Source of the DNA: a virus
Length of the DNA: 64,000 nucleotides
Virus record (IMG/VR): IMGVR_UViG_3300035490_000050
Coordinates: 32,001 to 96,000 of that record
Strand: one strand, 5' to 3'
The notes under the pieces were generated by a model. The model saw only the letters and a list, made by a program, of their open reading frames with translations. It was not told the origin of the DNA and did not search any database. Made by a program: the position numbers and the translations under genes. Shown here in pieces: positions 46,688 to 56,606 of the stretch (positions are counted from its first letter, which is position 1; every line of letters begins with the position of its first letter).

Positions 46688-47344
46688 TCACCATTTCTTT
46701 CTGTCTGGATGAAGTTTGTCATAGGCAGAACTAGTAATTGCTCTGCAAATCTTACATGTTCTTCCGCCATGTCTTTTGTCAATATACACATTATCATCTG
46801 ATAAAACATGACCACGCTTGCAATGAGTTCTCTTTCTACGGTTGATAACCTGTTCATGAGGTGTAGCCCAACGAACATTACCCGGTTCATAATTTCCGTT
46901 TGTGTCGGGATAGCGGTCAATGCTCATCGTGAAATCAGGTCGCGGTCCCATATAGTCAAAAAATTCTTCAAAGGAATTTTCCCATTCTCGGCAAACGCGA
47001 ATTCCTCTCCCTCCGTACAGGTTATAATCTTTGAACTTTGGGTTGTTGCAGCGAGTTTTCATCGCAGCCCAAATTCTATATTCGGCAGTTGTAGCGAGAA
47101 CGCGAGATTGGCCATGTGTAGTCGTCCTAGCGATGGTGTTTTCATCTCGTAGGCATCCGCAACTGCGAGAATTTCCATGTGTCAAATGATATGTATTTAC
47201 TCTTGTCTCTTTTCCGCACATGCATTTGCATATCCAGATTGTTTTCTTGTCTTTTTGGTCTTTGAAATACGACATAACAGTTAAGCGTCCGAACACTTGG
47301 CCGATAAGATTGATTGGTGGTACAGTTGCTTGTGGGGTTGTCAT
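46688..47344 (-). CDS. HNH homing endonuclease
   Basis: G..FGRLTV, SCGC, YGGRGI.VC, SIDR...NGNYEPGNVRWAT, THCKRGH. Confidence 0.9.
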   Translation of the reverse strand: MTTPQATVPPINLIGQVFGRLTVMSYFKDQKDKKTIWICKCMCGKETRVNTYHLTHGNSRSCGCLRDENTIARTTTHGQSRVLATTAEYRIWAAMKTRCNNPKFKDYNLYGGRGIRVCREWENSFEEFFDYMGPRPDFTMSIDRYPDTNGNYEPGNVRWATPHEQVINRRKRTHCKRGHVLSDDNVYIDKRHGGRTCKICRAITSSAYDKLHPDRKKW

Positions 47345-47404
47345 TCGTCCTCCTGTGACGATAGGTGAGAGCCGGGGTTCCAGCCCCGACAACCCCATTA
47401 TACA

Positions 47405-48019
47405 TCAACTGTGGACAACCATACACTGAGTAAATCGCCCATGTTTGATACCTTTGGCTACTAACTCGTTGATTAGTATACCATCACTTACGCCATACAT
47501 ATCTACTTTATGTGGCCACTCTTCAGGAAACCAATCCCGCCGAATCAGGTACGCCGTTTTGTCGCAACGACACGCTTCAGGGTATGCGTCGAAGTAGAAA
47601 TACGGCATGTCTGGACGCCCCTGTACAAAATTGCAAATCACTAGTTCAAAGTTTCCTTCCTCCGCAAATGGGATCACTCTTTCGGCAAAGTATTTTGCGT
47701 ATATTGAATCGCAATTTGGGAACATTAGATATTTTCCCGTCGTCATCTTTACGCCGATCTCTGCTGCATCGTAAAGTGAGGGGATGCCAACTCGCGGGAA
47801 GTTCGTTAATGCGTTGTCATGAGTCCACTCATAACGAATGCGCGGGTCCATTCGACACAGCAATTCAATCTTTGCTCTGCACATAGGATCGTCACTGTTA
47901 TCGGTGACGATGGCTTCCCAGTCCGTGAACGTTTGGTCGATAATAGACGAAAGGCAGGTTCGCATACTGTTTGGGCGATTGAAACTTCCGATAATCCACG
48001 ACAGCAGAGGTTCACTCAT
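47405..48019 (-). CDS. Glycosyltransferase family 2
   Basis: FNRP...CL.SII.QTF.DWE.IVTDNSDD. Confidence 0.9.
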   Translation of the reverse strand: MSEPLLSWIIGSFNRPNSMRTCLSSIIDQTFTDWEAIVTDNSDDPMCRAKIELLCRMDPRIRYEWTHDNALTNFPRVGIPSLYDAAEIGVKMTTGKYLMFPNCDSIYAKYFAERVIPFAEEGNFELVICNFVQGRPDMPYFYFDAYPEACRCDKTAYLIRRDWFPEEWPHKVDMYGVSDGILINELVAKGIKHGRFTQCMVVHS

Positions 48020-48693
48020 AACTCTCCCCATTCTCTACCGATATTCCTAACGGTAGGTTCTGACTTTTTGCGTTCATATACTGACTGGTTGGCATACAGT
48101 TCGTAAACCGCTGGCGGATGCCATTGATGATGTACGAGAATATCGGTGAAGATAAACTCTACTCCTTCGCGCCGAAGTCGATCTGCAAAATCATCGTCTT
48201 CCCATCCCGCTCCGATAAAGTCTTCATCGAATCCCCGCAGCCGTTCAAACCACTCACGCTTGATCGCTCCGCAGAAAAAGTAGGGACGAGGACGGTCGAT
48301 TCCACAATAGAGTTCACGTTCTGTTCCGTCCTCATTCAAGGCAATCACTCTGGCAAACACGGCGTTTGTAGGCGTCACGAGCGCAGTAAGTTTCTCAATA
48401 GTCTGCGAGTCAATATGCTTGCACTCTGCGTTTTGGAGAATGATAATATCTCCTATCGCCTGCCGCAGACCGCAATTCAACGGTCTCGCTGAATTACGTC
48501 GAGCGGTAGGATCGGGGCGAGAAGGATGACAATATCTCACCCCATACTCTTCGCAAATCACTGGAGTCTCATCGTCTGCGCCATCGTCTACCACGATGAT
48601 TTCGTAGTCTTTGAAACTCTGGAGACGAATTGACTCAAGTGTATTCCTTAGTTGATGAGGACGATTGTAAGATGTCATTACTATTGAAAGCAT
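48016..48693 (-). CDS. Glycosyltransferase family 2 with GT7C-like C-terminus
   Basis: SIVMTSYNR...IIVVDDG...GFDEDF.GAGWEDDD...HQWH. Confidence 0.9.
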   Translation of the reverse strand: MLSIVMTSYNRPHQLRNTLESIRLQSFKDYEIIVVDDGADDETPVICEEYGVRYCHPSRPDPTARRNSARPLNCGLRQAIGDIIILQNAECKHIDSQTIEKLTALVTPTNAVFARVIALNEDGTERELYCGIDRPRPYFFCGAIKREWFERLRGFDEDFIGAGWEDDDFADRLRREGVEFIFTDILVHHQWHPPAVYELYANQSVYERKKSEPTVRNIGREWGEL

Positions 48694-49190
48694 CACCTTT
48701 TCCTCCAAAGTAGAGCCGTCCATGGAACTTGGCGGTCATCGACTAAAATCAGTGTAAGACCAGCAGATGCATCCTGATATTCTGTCCTCTCAAAGTCATG
48801 CGCCACAACTAAAGAGCGTCCTATGTGTGAAGCTACCCATTTCAGGGTATCGCAGCGCCTATCCAGAGATAAACTATTGTCAACAAAAATCAAGTCAAAA
48901 GCATCTAAGGACACATCTTCAAGAAACAGTTCGATAGGTTCAGGACAGATCACTATCTTATGGCGCGGATCGTCCTCGGCAATTACCCACTTTCTGTCCT
49001 GCTCTACGGTTACAAGTTCTCCAAGGTTGGGATAGTATCTACGGCTTAGAAATGTGCGCGTAGAGAACTCTCCCGCGCCAAGCTCAAGAACGCTTGTGAT
49101 GCCAGGACCAATGAGACGCAGCAGGTTCAAATGCGTAGCGAATATGTCTGACTGCGGCTCGTATTCAGAGATCGCCTGTGAAAAGTTCAT
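48693..49190 (-). CDS. Class I SAM-dependent methyltransferase-like protein
   Basis: VLELGAG..ST, FDLIFVD and VAHD motifs. Confidence 0.75.
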   Translation of the reverse strand: MNFSQAISEYEPQSDIFATHLNLLRLIGPGITSVLELGAGEFSTRTFLSRRYYPNLGELVTVEQDRKWVIAEDDPRHKIVICPEPIELFLEDVSLDAFDLIFVDNSLSLDRRCDTLKWVASHIGRSLVVAHDFERTEYQDASAGLTLILVDDRQVPWTALLWRKR

Positions 49191-50269
49191 AGTTGTCTCG
49201 TCGCTTTCAATGCGGCGGCTACCACCTGATCCATATTCAGGTACTTGTACTGTGCCAGCCTTCCAATGAATATAACATCCTTTTCTTTTGCTGCCAACTG
49301 ACGGTACTGGGCAGCAAGAGCCTCGTTTGCTGCGGTGGGAATAGGATAGTACGGTTCTCCTTCGGCTTCTGGGTATTCCCACACAATCGAAGTTCCATCC
49401 ACCCTTTGCCCGGTCAAATGCTTGAACTCTGTGATACGAGTATAAGGGAAATCATTGGGATAGTTGACTGTCCCGACTGGCTGTAATTGGCTTATGAAAA
49501 GATAGTCATGCTCGAAGCGGAGGGAACGATACGGAAGAGAGCCAAGGCAGGAACCGAAGTAGGCATCTAATGATCCAGTGTAGACCGTAAAGTGAGCGGA
49601 GAAGGAATCTCTTTTCTTGAAGTAATCTGTTTCCAGTTCTATGCGGATATTCTTATGGTCCAGTATCCTTTCAAACATCTTCGTGTATCCGTTTCCCGGC
49701 ATGAACTGAATGGCGTCCGTAAAATAGCGGTCGTCATAGTTGGTACGAACTGGAATCCGTCCTGTCACTCCTGGACTTAATTCCGATAGTTCTAACCCCC
49801 ATTGTTTACGAGTATAGTTGCGATAGAACTTGTCACAAAGGTCGTGACCGACACTGGCAAGCACAGCATCCTCACTGGATTCGATACGATCCTTGGGAAC
49901 GCGGACGCGGCTCAGGAATTCTCCTGCTTCGCAAGTGCTCATAGATAGATCATAAACCTGATTCAAAGTATCGCAGTTTATTGGGAAAGGAACCAACTTG
50001 CCGTCTATTTGAGAAAGAACGCGATGCTGATAAGCGTGCCAGTCTGTGAATCGGGAAAGGTAGGCAAAGACTGCTTGGCTGTTTGTATGGAAGATGTGAG
50101 GGCCGTAGCGATGAACTAATACGCCATGAGCATCATACTCATCGTAGGCGTTTCCTCCAAGATGATCTCGCTTGTCGATGATGAGGATGGAGTGTCCTGC
50201 GGAGGCTAAACGCTCTGCGACAACACACCCAGCAAATCCAGCACCGACGACTAATACGTTCATCGTCAC
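49187..50269 (-). CDS. glf: UDP-galactopyranose mutase
   Basis: VGAGFAG, H.YGPHIFHT, YT.KQWG, RIPVR...DDRYF, GRLA.YKY.NMDQ. Confidence 0.97.
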   Translation of the reverse strand: MTMNVLVVGAGFAGCVVAERLASAGHSILIIDKRDHLGGNAYDEYDAHGVLVHRYGPHIFHTNSQAVFAYLSRFTDWHAYQHRVLSQIDGKLVPFPINCDTLNQVYDLSMSTCEAGEFLSRVRVPKDRIESSEDAVLASVGHDLCDKFYRNYTRKQWGLELSELSPGVTGRIPVRTNYDDRYFTDAIQFMPGNGYTKMFERILDHKNIRIELETDYFKKRDSFSAHFTVYTGSLDAYFGSCLGSLPYRSLRFEHDYLFISQLQPVGTVNYPNDFPYTRITEFKHLTGQRVDGTSIVWEYPEAEGEPYYPIPTAANEALAAQYRQLAAKEKDVIFIGRLAQYKYLNMDQVVAAALKATRQL

Positions 50270-50988
50270 AATCCTCTAATCCTATGCGCTTCAAACATAT
50301 CCTTTGGCATGAACGGCTCAGGAGAGAACCCTAAATGGCTTGTGATTGCATTGTTTCCTGATTGTGGTCCAGTCAAGAAATAGTGAGGCGTATTGACGAT
50401 GTATCTCCAATCTACATGAAGACGAATACCTTTGTCTCGCAACCTGTCTCCAACCCAAACATCGTCCCACGGTATAGCAACTGGCGCGTCAAGAAGGAAT
50501 TCAAACGCCTTTCGGCTGATCCAGTAACCTGCGCCTCCAGAGGCATACTCCAGATCGTCTCGGTAGAAGGGTGTGCCGATGTAGTCGAACTCTTGAAACC
50601 CGCTCTCCAGTAACCGAGGAACATCAACATAGGTGTCGGTATCAACTTTGAATACATAATCGTATCCGCGCTCCCATGCCCACCGAAAGATTTCTCTTAC
50701 CTTAAAAGGCAAATGTTTGAAGTCGTAGGGAACAGGAAGCAGGACTTCATCGTTTTTCGGGATGTACGATGTGAGAACGCTTTCGGAAGGTTTGTCCCTG
50801 TAGTTCCAAGGGCGATTATTCCATTCAACGTCGATAAGATCGTCATTCTCATGGACAGGTGTTCCGTCGCCCATAAAGAAACGGTAGTCTAAACCGTCCG
50901 CCTTTGTGAGCCAAGTGTCGCGGGAAGACTGATGATCTCCATTTTCCGCACTTGGAGGCCAACTAGCGATTGCGAGTAGAACTTTCAT
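50266..50988 (-). CDS. GT31/Fringe-like glycosyltransferase
   Basis: R.TW, DYVFKVDTDTYV, YASGGAGY..S, DD.WVG. Confidence 0.85.
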   Translation of the reverse strand: MKVLLAIASWPPSAENGDHQSSRDTWLTKADGLDYRFFMGDGTPVHENDDLIDVEWNNRPWNYRDKPSESVLTSYIPKNDEVLLPVPYDFKHLPFKVREIFRWAWERGYDYVFKVDTDTYVDVPRLLESGFQEFDYIGTPFYRDDLEYASGGAGYWISRKAFEFLLDAPVAIPWDDVWVGDRLRDKGIRLHVDWRYIVNTPHYFLTGPQSGNNAITSHLGFSPEPFMPKDMFEAHRIRGL

Positions 50989-51809
50989 TCCGAATACTTC
51001 CTTTGAATAGCTTCGGCAAGAGATACATCACGGTCGTACTGATGCAAGATAGGAAACACGACATCGCTTCCTGGGGTATAAACCACAGCGTTTTCCTTAT
51101 CGAAAATAGGCCATACATCGTTAACCCACGGCTTCCATACGGCCTCGTAGCAGGACAGATACCATGAGCAGGTTGCAATGAAACCAGAACTCATATTGAC
51201 TTCGCGGGTAACTTCCTTGAGTGGAGGAATTCTGAGCAGGTAATTAAAGTATGCCTGATCGTATCCCCATCCTGAAATCTTCGCTGCGAACTCACACATC
51301 TTTTCTACTACATAGCTCACAGCTTTTATGGTTCCCACGATAGTGCCGCAGCAGAGAACGTCATACTCACCTAGCCAATCGAGAACCTCCTGTCCCAATG
51401 TATTCCGAATCCACTCAGAGTTTGTCGGTTGATGTTTGATGAGCATACACTCTGACGGTCCTATGATCTCCGCAGGAGAAAGGTTATTTTCTAACCAGAG
51501 TGACGGATCGGATTGAAACACAGCGTCTCTCACATCTACATAAAGTACATACCTGTACCGTTCGATATTATCTTTCAAAAAGTCTCTGACTGGGATATGT
51601 CGTGCTGTGGCGTAGGACTGTGAAGGATCGGCCACAACCTCGATCAAGGTCCAGCCTTTGCTCCTGAGCCTATCCTGAGCGTCCTGTGTGACGTTCTGCA
51701 TGAACATCACCTTGTCGCCAGAGAATCCGGACCTCTCAACTGAGACGATAAAAGCCATGATTTCCGGCCAGCCATAGTTTGCGACTGTCGTTACGATCAC
51801 ATCTTGCAT
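50985..51809 (-). CDS. GT-A fold glycosyltransferase
   Basis: YVLYVDVRDAVFQSDP, DQA.FN and LHQYDR motifs. Confidence 0.75.
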   Translation of the reverse strand: MQDVIVTTVANYGWPEIMAFIVSVERSGFSGDKVMFMQNVTQDAQDRLRSKGWTLIEVVADPSQSYATARHIPVRDFLKDNIERYRYVLYVDVRDAVFQSDPSLWLENNLSPAEIIGPSECMLIKHQPTNSEWIRNTLGQEVLDWLGEYDVLCCGTIVGTIKAVSYVVEKMCEFAAKISGWGYDQAYFNYLLRIPPLKEVTREVNMSSGFIATCSWYLSCYEAVWKPWVNDVWPIFDKENAVVYTPGSDVVFPILHQYDRDVSLAEAIQRKYSE

Positions 51810-52576
51810 TCGAGTCTCCTTTTTAGTTCCGGAAGGAATCGTTGAATCTCCTTATCATCTACATCCCAACCCTGAATCTCATCAAAACACTTTTCTGGAC
51901 TTGGACCGCAAGCCACACAGGGTTTGCCAAGGAGTTGACGCTTGACCCACTCCTGCCGGGATTTGGAACCGTAGTGGTTGATGCGAAGAATGTCATGTTC
52001 ATGCGGTATGGAGTGAGGCCCAGACGTGATTCTTCCCGATGGAGTAAATGTTGAAGCGTTAGCACAGTGAGGGTCTTGAATAGTGAAATGTTTATCCATG
52101 CGGACGATAGGCTTGACATAGTGATTGGAGGGGATGTCGGCAGGCTTCCTCCATGTAAACCTTTCGATTACTGGAATGTCTTTCCATTCCTGTTCTCCAC
52201 TAGAGCCAAAGCACATCCAGTTTACCGCTATGGATTGCCAGTGTGCAGGAAAGGAATCGAGCGCCTCTATAACGGTATCGTATTTTGGTGAAAAAAGAAA
52301 TTCATCTATATCTATGAAGCCACACCACTCTGACATTCCAATATGACCTTCAATGTAGTTATTGTAAGCCTCTATCTGGCAGGGAGGCGGATAGGGCCAG
52401 TCTGTAACTTCCACTAACCCGCTATCGATGTATGGTTGAAGCACAGATTGCCAGTCATCCACGCTTCGATTCTGGTAAAGAAAGAACTTCTCACAGCCTT
52501 GAAGCGCATGGAATTGGACCCACTCGCGCAAGTATTTGGATTCATCACGAAAGATCGCGCAGATGGAGAGTTTCAT
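51797..52576 (-). CDS. GT92 / GT2_4-like glycosyltransferase
   Basis: LSICAIFRDE..YL.EW..FH, FIDIDEFL, INHY..KS..EW. Confidence 0.85.
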   Translation of the reverse strand: MKLSICAIFRDESKYLREWVQFHALQGCEKFFLYQNRSVDDWQSVLQPYIDSGLVEVTDWPYPPPCQIEAYNNYIEGHIGMSEWCGFIDIDEFLFSPKYDTVIEALDSFPAHWQSIAVNWMCFGSSGEQEWKDIPVIERFTWRKPADIPSNHYVKPIVRMDKHFTIQDPHCANASTFTPSGRITSGPHSIPHEHDILRINHYGSKSRQEWVKRQLLGKPCVACGPSPEKCFDEIQGWDVDDKEIQRFLPELKRRLECKM

Positions 52577-52908
52577 TCTCTCTCCAGATTTTCGATCTTG
52601 ACCACTTCCAGGTTATCTAGTCTGTTGTTAAGCACGTTCCCGTCTTTGTGCAGCACACCCTCTTTTGTCGTCAATTTGCGTCCAAGATGGTGGGCTACTA
52701 TTTCGTCTTCCATGTACACGATTTTGCCTTCCTCTACTCTCCAAGCGTGGCCAGGACGATTGTGCTCTGCTTCGGCGGCGTAACAAGCCATACATTCCCT
52801 GTAAATGTAATCATCATGACACACGTCGTTCATGTGCGAGACGTATGGATGGAACTTGTAGAAACGGCGTGGACGCTTGCGGATTGGACCTGAGTACGTG
52901 CGAACCAT
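52573..52908 (-). CDS. Small HNH endonuclease-like protein
   Basis: LGRKL...E.V.HKDGN.LNNR.DNL. Confidence 0.75.
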   Translation of the reverse strand: MVRTYSGPIRKRPRRFYKFHPYVSHMNDVCHDDYIYRECMACYAAEAEHNRPGHAWRVEEGKIVYMEDEIVAHHLGRKLTTKEGVLHKDGNVLNNRLDNLEVVKIENLERE

Positions 52909-52931
52909 GAGTACCTCCGAGAATCATTGTA

Positions 52932-53204
52932 CTACCGTAGCCACCACCTTTTTTCCGATGGCTCCTTGTAGGGATAGGCGGCAGGATCGACAATCTCCCA
53001 ATCGTCAGCTTGCAGGTCTTCGGGACTGAATCTCCAGCATGACGAACGGAACCATTCACCGGGAGCAAGAGGATGATCTAGGTAGAGCATCCAATATTTA
53101 ATGCGCTCTTTTGGGTCACGTTCGTAGCGGTAGCCATCGAAAGAACCGTGGCGAACTATATCCTTGCCTTCCTGTAAGGCTTTAGCGGCTTCGATGATGT
53201 TCAT
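52932..53204 (-). CDS. DUF2829 / Tad2-like protein
   Basis: MN..EA..AL..GK...R and D..ADDWEIV motifs. Confidence 0.65.
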   Translation of the reverse strand: MNIIEAAKALQEGKDIVRHGSFDGYRYERDPKERIKYWMLYLDHPLAPGEWFRSSCWRFSPEDLQADDWEIVDPAAYPYKEPSEKRWWLR

Positions 53205-53413
53205 TTTCCATCCTCAAATACTACGGTAGAAGTGCCATTCATTTCACGCTCCGCCAAAGCCAATGCCCCGGTTTCCGATTCGGTGTCAAGCAGAAAATCT
53301 GCTAGTTCACGGCTGTAAACTTTCTTCTCAAGAGGAAGATTAAGATGTACGTCGTCTACATAGGGAAGCAGGGTTGCTACCCGAAGACGCTCTTTTATTG
53401 TGTGTTCACTCAT
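53201..53413 (-). CDS. Hypothetical protein
   Basis: ATGA-coupled. Confidence 0.6.
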   Translation of the reverse strand: MSEHTIKERLRVATLLPYVDDVHLNLPLEKKVYSRELADFLLDTESETGALALAEREMNGTSTVVFEDGK

Positions 53414-53586
53414 TTCGCCGCCTCATCCCATATATGCATGACAGAAATTCGATACCCGGTCCAGCGGAGCACACCGTCTTTTTCAAGTTCCTTCACAAAT
53501 CGCAAACGCAGAGCATTCTTTCCAAGCAACCACCATCCAATCTTCCGCCGGACCGAATCTACTAGTGATCGCAACTTGGTTATCAT
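53410..53586 (-). CDS. Hypothetical protein
   Basis: ATGA-coupled to upstream glycosyltransferase. Confidence 0.55.
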   Translation of the reverse strand: MITKLRSLVDSVRRKIGWWLLGKNALRLRFVKELEKDGVLRWTGYRISVMHIWDEAAK

Positions 53587-54818
53587 TTCGCTGCCTCCCG
53601 CAGGTATGTTTCCCATGCCTTCCAGTTGTTTTCCCAATCGTACTTCGGGTCAAGACTTGTTCGCTTACCGATCCATTCCTCAGCCTTTGCAGCCCACTCC
53701 TCTGCGCGATAGACAGGACGCTTACACGCATAGGAACCTTCGTAATAGAATCCGATTGGATCAACAAGCATACCAGGATCAACCAGCGCAGCCCCTCCCG
53801 CGTAGGAGCCGGTCACGCAAGGTACGCCGCAGGCCATACCCTCCGCATGGACGTAGCCGAAGCCTTCGGGGGCGATACCAAGAACAAGATCGGCTGCGCT
53901 GTAGATAGTTGCCATCCTTGAGTCGGTAATATTGCCGAGCGAGATCACTGTTTTGTCCAGCATCCCAAAATCTGCCAAAAGATTAGGAATTGACCAATAG
54001 CGTTCAAGCGAATCTATGTGTAGATGCAGCCTTATTTTGTGCTTTTGCGCCAAAATGCCTGCTGTTTCAATCCCAAGCGCAAAATTTTTCCGACTCTGAT
54101 TTGTCCCTAAGATCGAAACCAACACTTCATCATCCGCGATAGGAGCAGTAGTTTTGACCTGTCCTATCATGTGGAAGAAGTTCTGTGCCCCAGTGTAGTC
54201 AAGGAATAGTTTTCTGCTCAACTTGCGCGGGAGTTCATAGAAAATCTCGGAATCAATACCATGAGGAAGGTGAGTCAAATGCCTCTGGTTAGCGTTCTCA
54301 TCCCCTATAGTCCTGCGGATAACGCCCTCTCCGAACGGCCCATAGGCCAACAGGCGGTCGAAGCCGAGTAGTGTCTTCATGATTGGAAAGGTAAGGCGGT
54401 CGTTAGGCCCAGAAGAATCTATCGGCACATAACCCCACAACTCAAACGGTCTGCTCATGGCCCACTGCTGGAGGCCAGGGAACTTGCTAAAGAGTTCGTT
54501 GCATCCTCTTGGCGCGGCAAGCCATGTTAAGCGATGAAGATCCCAAATCGTAAGGATGGTCGCTTTTTCTTTACCGAAGAAGTCGTCGCATACCTGCGGT
54601 AAGGAAGGCAGAATCCAGTCACTCATCCCCTCCATTGGAAATTGCGGAACCTTGATTTTGGATGTTCCTACTCCGCCGTAGCCCATGGTTGCTACTTCAT
54701 AGACATCACTCAAGTTTTCGATGATCTTTCCAACCAGATCGCGGTGGATTCTTCCCAAGCCAGTCTGCGCTGAAATCGCATCACTGATCGTTAATAGCTT
54801 TCTCTTCTTGTCGGCCAT
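53583..54818 (-). CDS. GT4 (GT-B) glycosyltransferase
   Basis: SD.....TGLGR, PHGID, N..RKN and EGFG....E.MACGVP motifs. Confidence 0.9.
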   Translation of the reverse strand: MADKKRKLLTISDAISAQTGLGRIHRDLVGKIIENLSDVYEVATMGYGGVGTSKIKVPQFPMEGMSDWILPSLPQVCDDFFGKEKATILTIWDLHRLTWLAAPRGCNELFSKFPGLQQWAMSRPFELWGYVPIDSSGPNDRLTFPIMKTLLGFDRLLAYGPFGEGVIRRTIGDENANQRHLTHLPHGIDSEIFYELPRKLSRKLFLDYTGAQNFFHMIGQVKTTAPIADDEVLVSILGTNQSRKNFALGIETAGILAQKHKIRLHLHIDSLERYWSIPNLLADFGMLDKTVISLGNITDSRMATIYSAADLVLGIAPEGFGYVHAEGMACGVPCVTGSYAGGAALVDPGMLVDPIGFYYEGSYACKRPVYRAEEWAAKAEEWIGKRTSLDPKYDWENNWKAWETYLREAAK

Positions 54819-54913
54819 GACGAAAACTGTACCGCATAAGAGAACGGCTGTCAAGCGGAAAATAAAGCAAAAAAGTTCTTGACAAGCATATTCGCTTTTG
54901 CTAGTCTCGCTCC

Positions 54914-55171
54914 ATGAAACTTGCAGACATGAAGCCGTCCAAGCGCGTATTGGCGACAACAAAGAAGCCAACTAAAACGCGCCTACTTGTTGATCTTCAA
55001 GGGTTAAGGGAGGGGAAAGGGGTAACAATCCGGCAGGTAGAAAAGGCAATTAAGGTGAGCAACGCCACGCTCTGCCAGATTGAGCATGGATGCACCCCGC
55101 GTTTGGATTCCGCTTTGAAGATTGCGGCATTTGTTGATATTCCTGTTGAAAAGATTTGGGCGCTGAAGTAA
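54914..55171 (+). CDS. Cro/XRE-like HTH regulator, divergent from the glycosylation operon
   Basis: LR...G.T...V......S.ATL..IE.G..P.L..ALKIA. Confidence 0.85.
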   Translation: MKLADMKPSKRVLATTKKPTKTRLLVDLQGLREGKGVTIRQVEKAIKVSNATLCQIEHGCTPRLDSALKIAAFVDIPVEKIWALK

Positions 55172-55223
55172 AAGTGAGGAACTAGCGAAGTATCCTGACG
55201 GGATTCCATTTTAGGAGAAACAC

Positions 55224-55631
55224 ATGAACGCACAAGATATTCGTACTCTTAACGAGAGGATTCAGGAGCAGATGCTCAACGCACAGACTGTAGGTGAGCA
55301 GGAGGCTGGATTTAAGTCTCTATTACTCTCGCTGCTCTCTGAATTGGCCGTACAGATGGCCGATGCGAACGACTACCTGAAAATGTACTCTAACCCACCG
55401 ATGGTATTTGAAGGCACTCACCTTAATCCTGCTGATTTCTCGGATTTACCTCAACCTATTACTTTTACGCCCGCAGAGCCACGCGCCACCCTGCGCGATC
55501 AGTTTGCTATGGCGGCGATGCAGGGGATACTTGCGAGACCGTTGGCCGGTTATCGCCCTAGTAGAGAAGAGCTTGCAAAGGATGCATATTTCTACGCGGA
55601 AGGAATGCTGGAGGCTCGCAATGCCAAGTAA
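55224..55631 (+). CDS. Conserved phage hypothetical protein
   Basis: TLRD.FA..AMQG...AY..A..ML.AR motif. Confidence 0.75.
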   Translation: MNAQDIRTLNERIQEQMLNAQTVGEQEAGFKSLLLSLLSELAVQMADANDYLKMYSNPPMVFEGTHLNPADFSDLPQPITFTPAEPRATLRDQFAMAAMQGILARPLAGYRPSREELAKDAYFYAEGMLEARNAK

Positions 55632-55821
55632 CGACCTTCCTAAGTGCTGTGAGGAATGCGGCGATCACGGTTCTCTCTACCTCCACAGCAGGTGTCATCC
55701 TGACGTTCCCACATGGTCTGTGCTGACAGGAAACGTGCTAACCATTCAATGCGCTGAGTGTGAAAACGTGATCGTTAGGTTGAAGGTTAGCGACGTGGTG
55801 AAAGAGGAGACGATTCAGTGA
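55621..55821 (+). CDS. Zinc-ribbon hypothetical protein
   Basis: CEEC...HSRCH...CAEC. Confidence 0.65.
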   Translation: MPSNDLPKCCEECGDHGSLYLHSRCHPDVPTWSVLTGNVLTIQCAECENVIVRLKVSDVVKEETIQ

Positions 55822-56057
55822 GCAGACATCCGTACACTTATGCAGATGATTATGTTCGTCATCTTGCGGGATATAATGAAACGGGTACAATCCTATCCAG
55901 ATCAGATGCCTCTAGGATATTGGAAGGTATTGCGTTAGCGATAGGATTGGAACATGAGCAACTCGCCACAAAGTTAAGCCTGTATTACCAAGATCACGAA
56001 GAAGAGTTCACAAACCAAGATGTAGAAGCATTTATTGCCTCTACTGGAGTACGCTAA
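55818..56057 (+). CDS. Hypothetical protein
   Basis: GTGA-coupled. Confidence 0.65.
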   Translation: MSRHPYTYADDYVRHLAGYNETGTILSRSDASRILEGIALAIGLEHEQLATKLSLYYQDHEEEFTNQDVEAFIASTGVR

Positions 56058-56332
56058 TGGCAAAAACACCGAAGTATGCAGGAATCAACCCGATAGAACG
56101 TCTACACAGGGGCGAACCCTACTTTTTCATTCGCGGGCAGGACCGTTTAAGTGTAGCCGCCGTCATTGAATACAGCCATCTCTTACGCCATGAGTCGGTC
56201 AATTCATCTCTGCGTGGAGACAACGAACTGTCAGACTCTCTCGATAAACAGGCAGACGAAGTTTTATCCTATGCGCAGAAGTTCAAGGACTGGCAGCGCG
56301 AGAACCCAGACAAGGTGAAGTACCCGGATTAG
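56057..56332 (+). CDS. Conserved phage hypothetical protein
   Basis: EP.F..R.QD...K.PD motif. Confidence 0.7.
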   Translation: MAKTPKYAGINPIERLHRGEPYFFIRGQDRLSVAAVIEYSHLLRHESVNSSLRGDNELSDSLDKQADEVLSYAQKFKDWQRENPDKVKYPD

Positions 56333-56535
56333 CGAACTAGCGGATGACCGAAGCCACCACCGAAGCCACTAGCCAGCGGGACCAAAAGGTACAGAAGCCA
56401 GATGCAGAATATTACGACGATCACAACTCTGGCGATTTGTGCAAACGGGGCAGGAAGAGGAATCTGAGTGAAAATCCACCAGATCAGGCCGAAGATGATG
56501 CACATTACAAGTACCGTTATCAGCAGAGAAAGCAT
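56329..56535 (-). CDS. Small two-TM membrane protein
   Basis: MLSLLITVLVMCIIFGLIWWIFTQIPLPAPF... Confidence 0.75.
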   Translation of the reverse strand: MLSLLITVLVMCIIFGLIWWIFTQIPLPAPFAQIARVVIVVIFCIWLLYLLVPLASGFGGGFGHPLVR

Positions 56536-56606
56536 GAGGCACCTCAGATTCCATTGAACGCCGATTTGATTGTGTAAGTTGAGCAAAACAGGACAGGAGA
56601 ACGAAA

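Noticed and set aside
45946-54818. Host LPS/EPS locus marking a prophage boundary
   Set aside because: Interspersed with phage HNH and small hypothetical genes, lacks export and polymerase genes, and phage genes continue on both sides.
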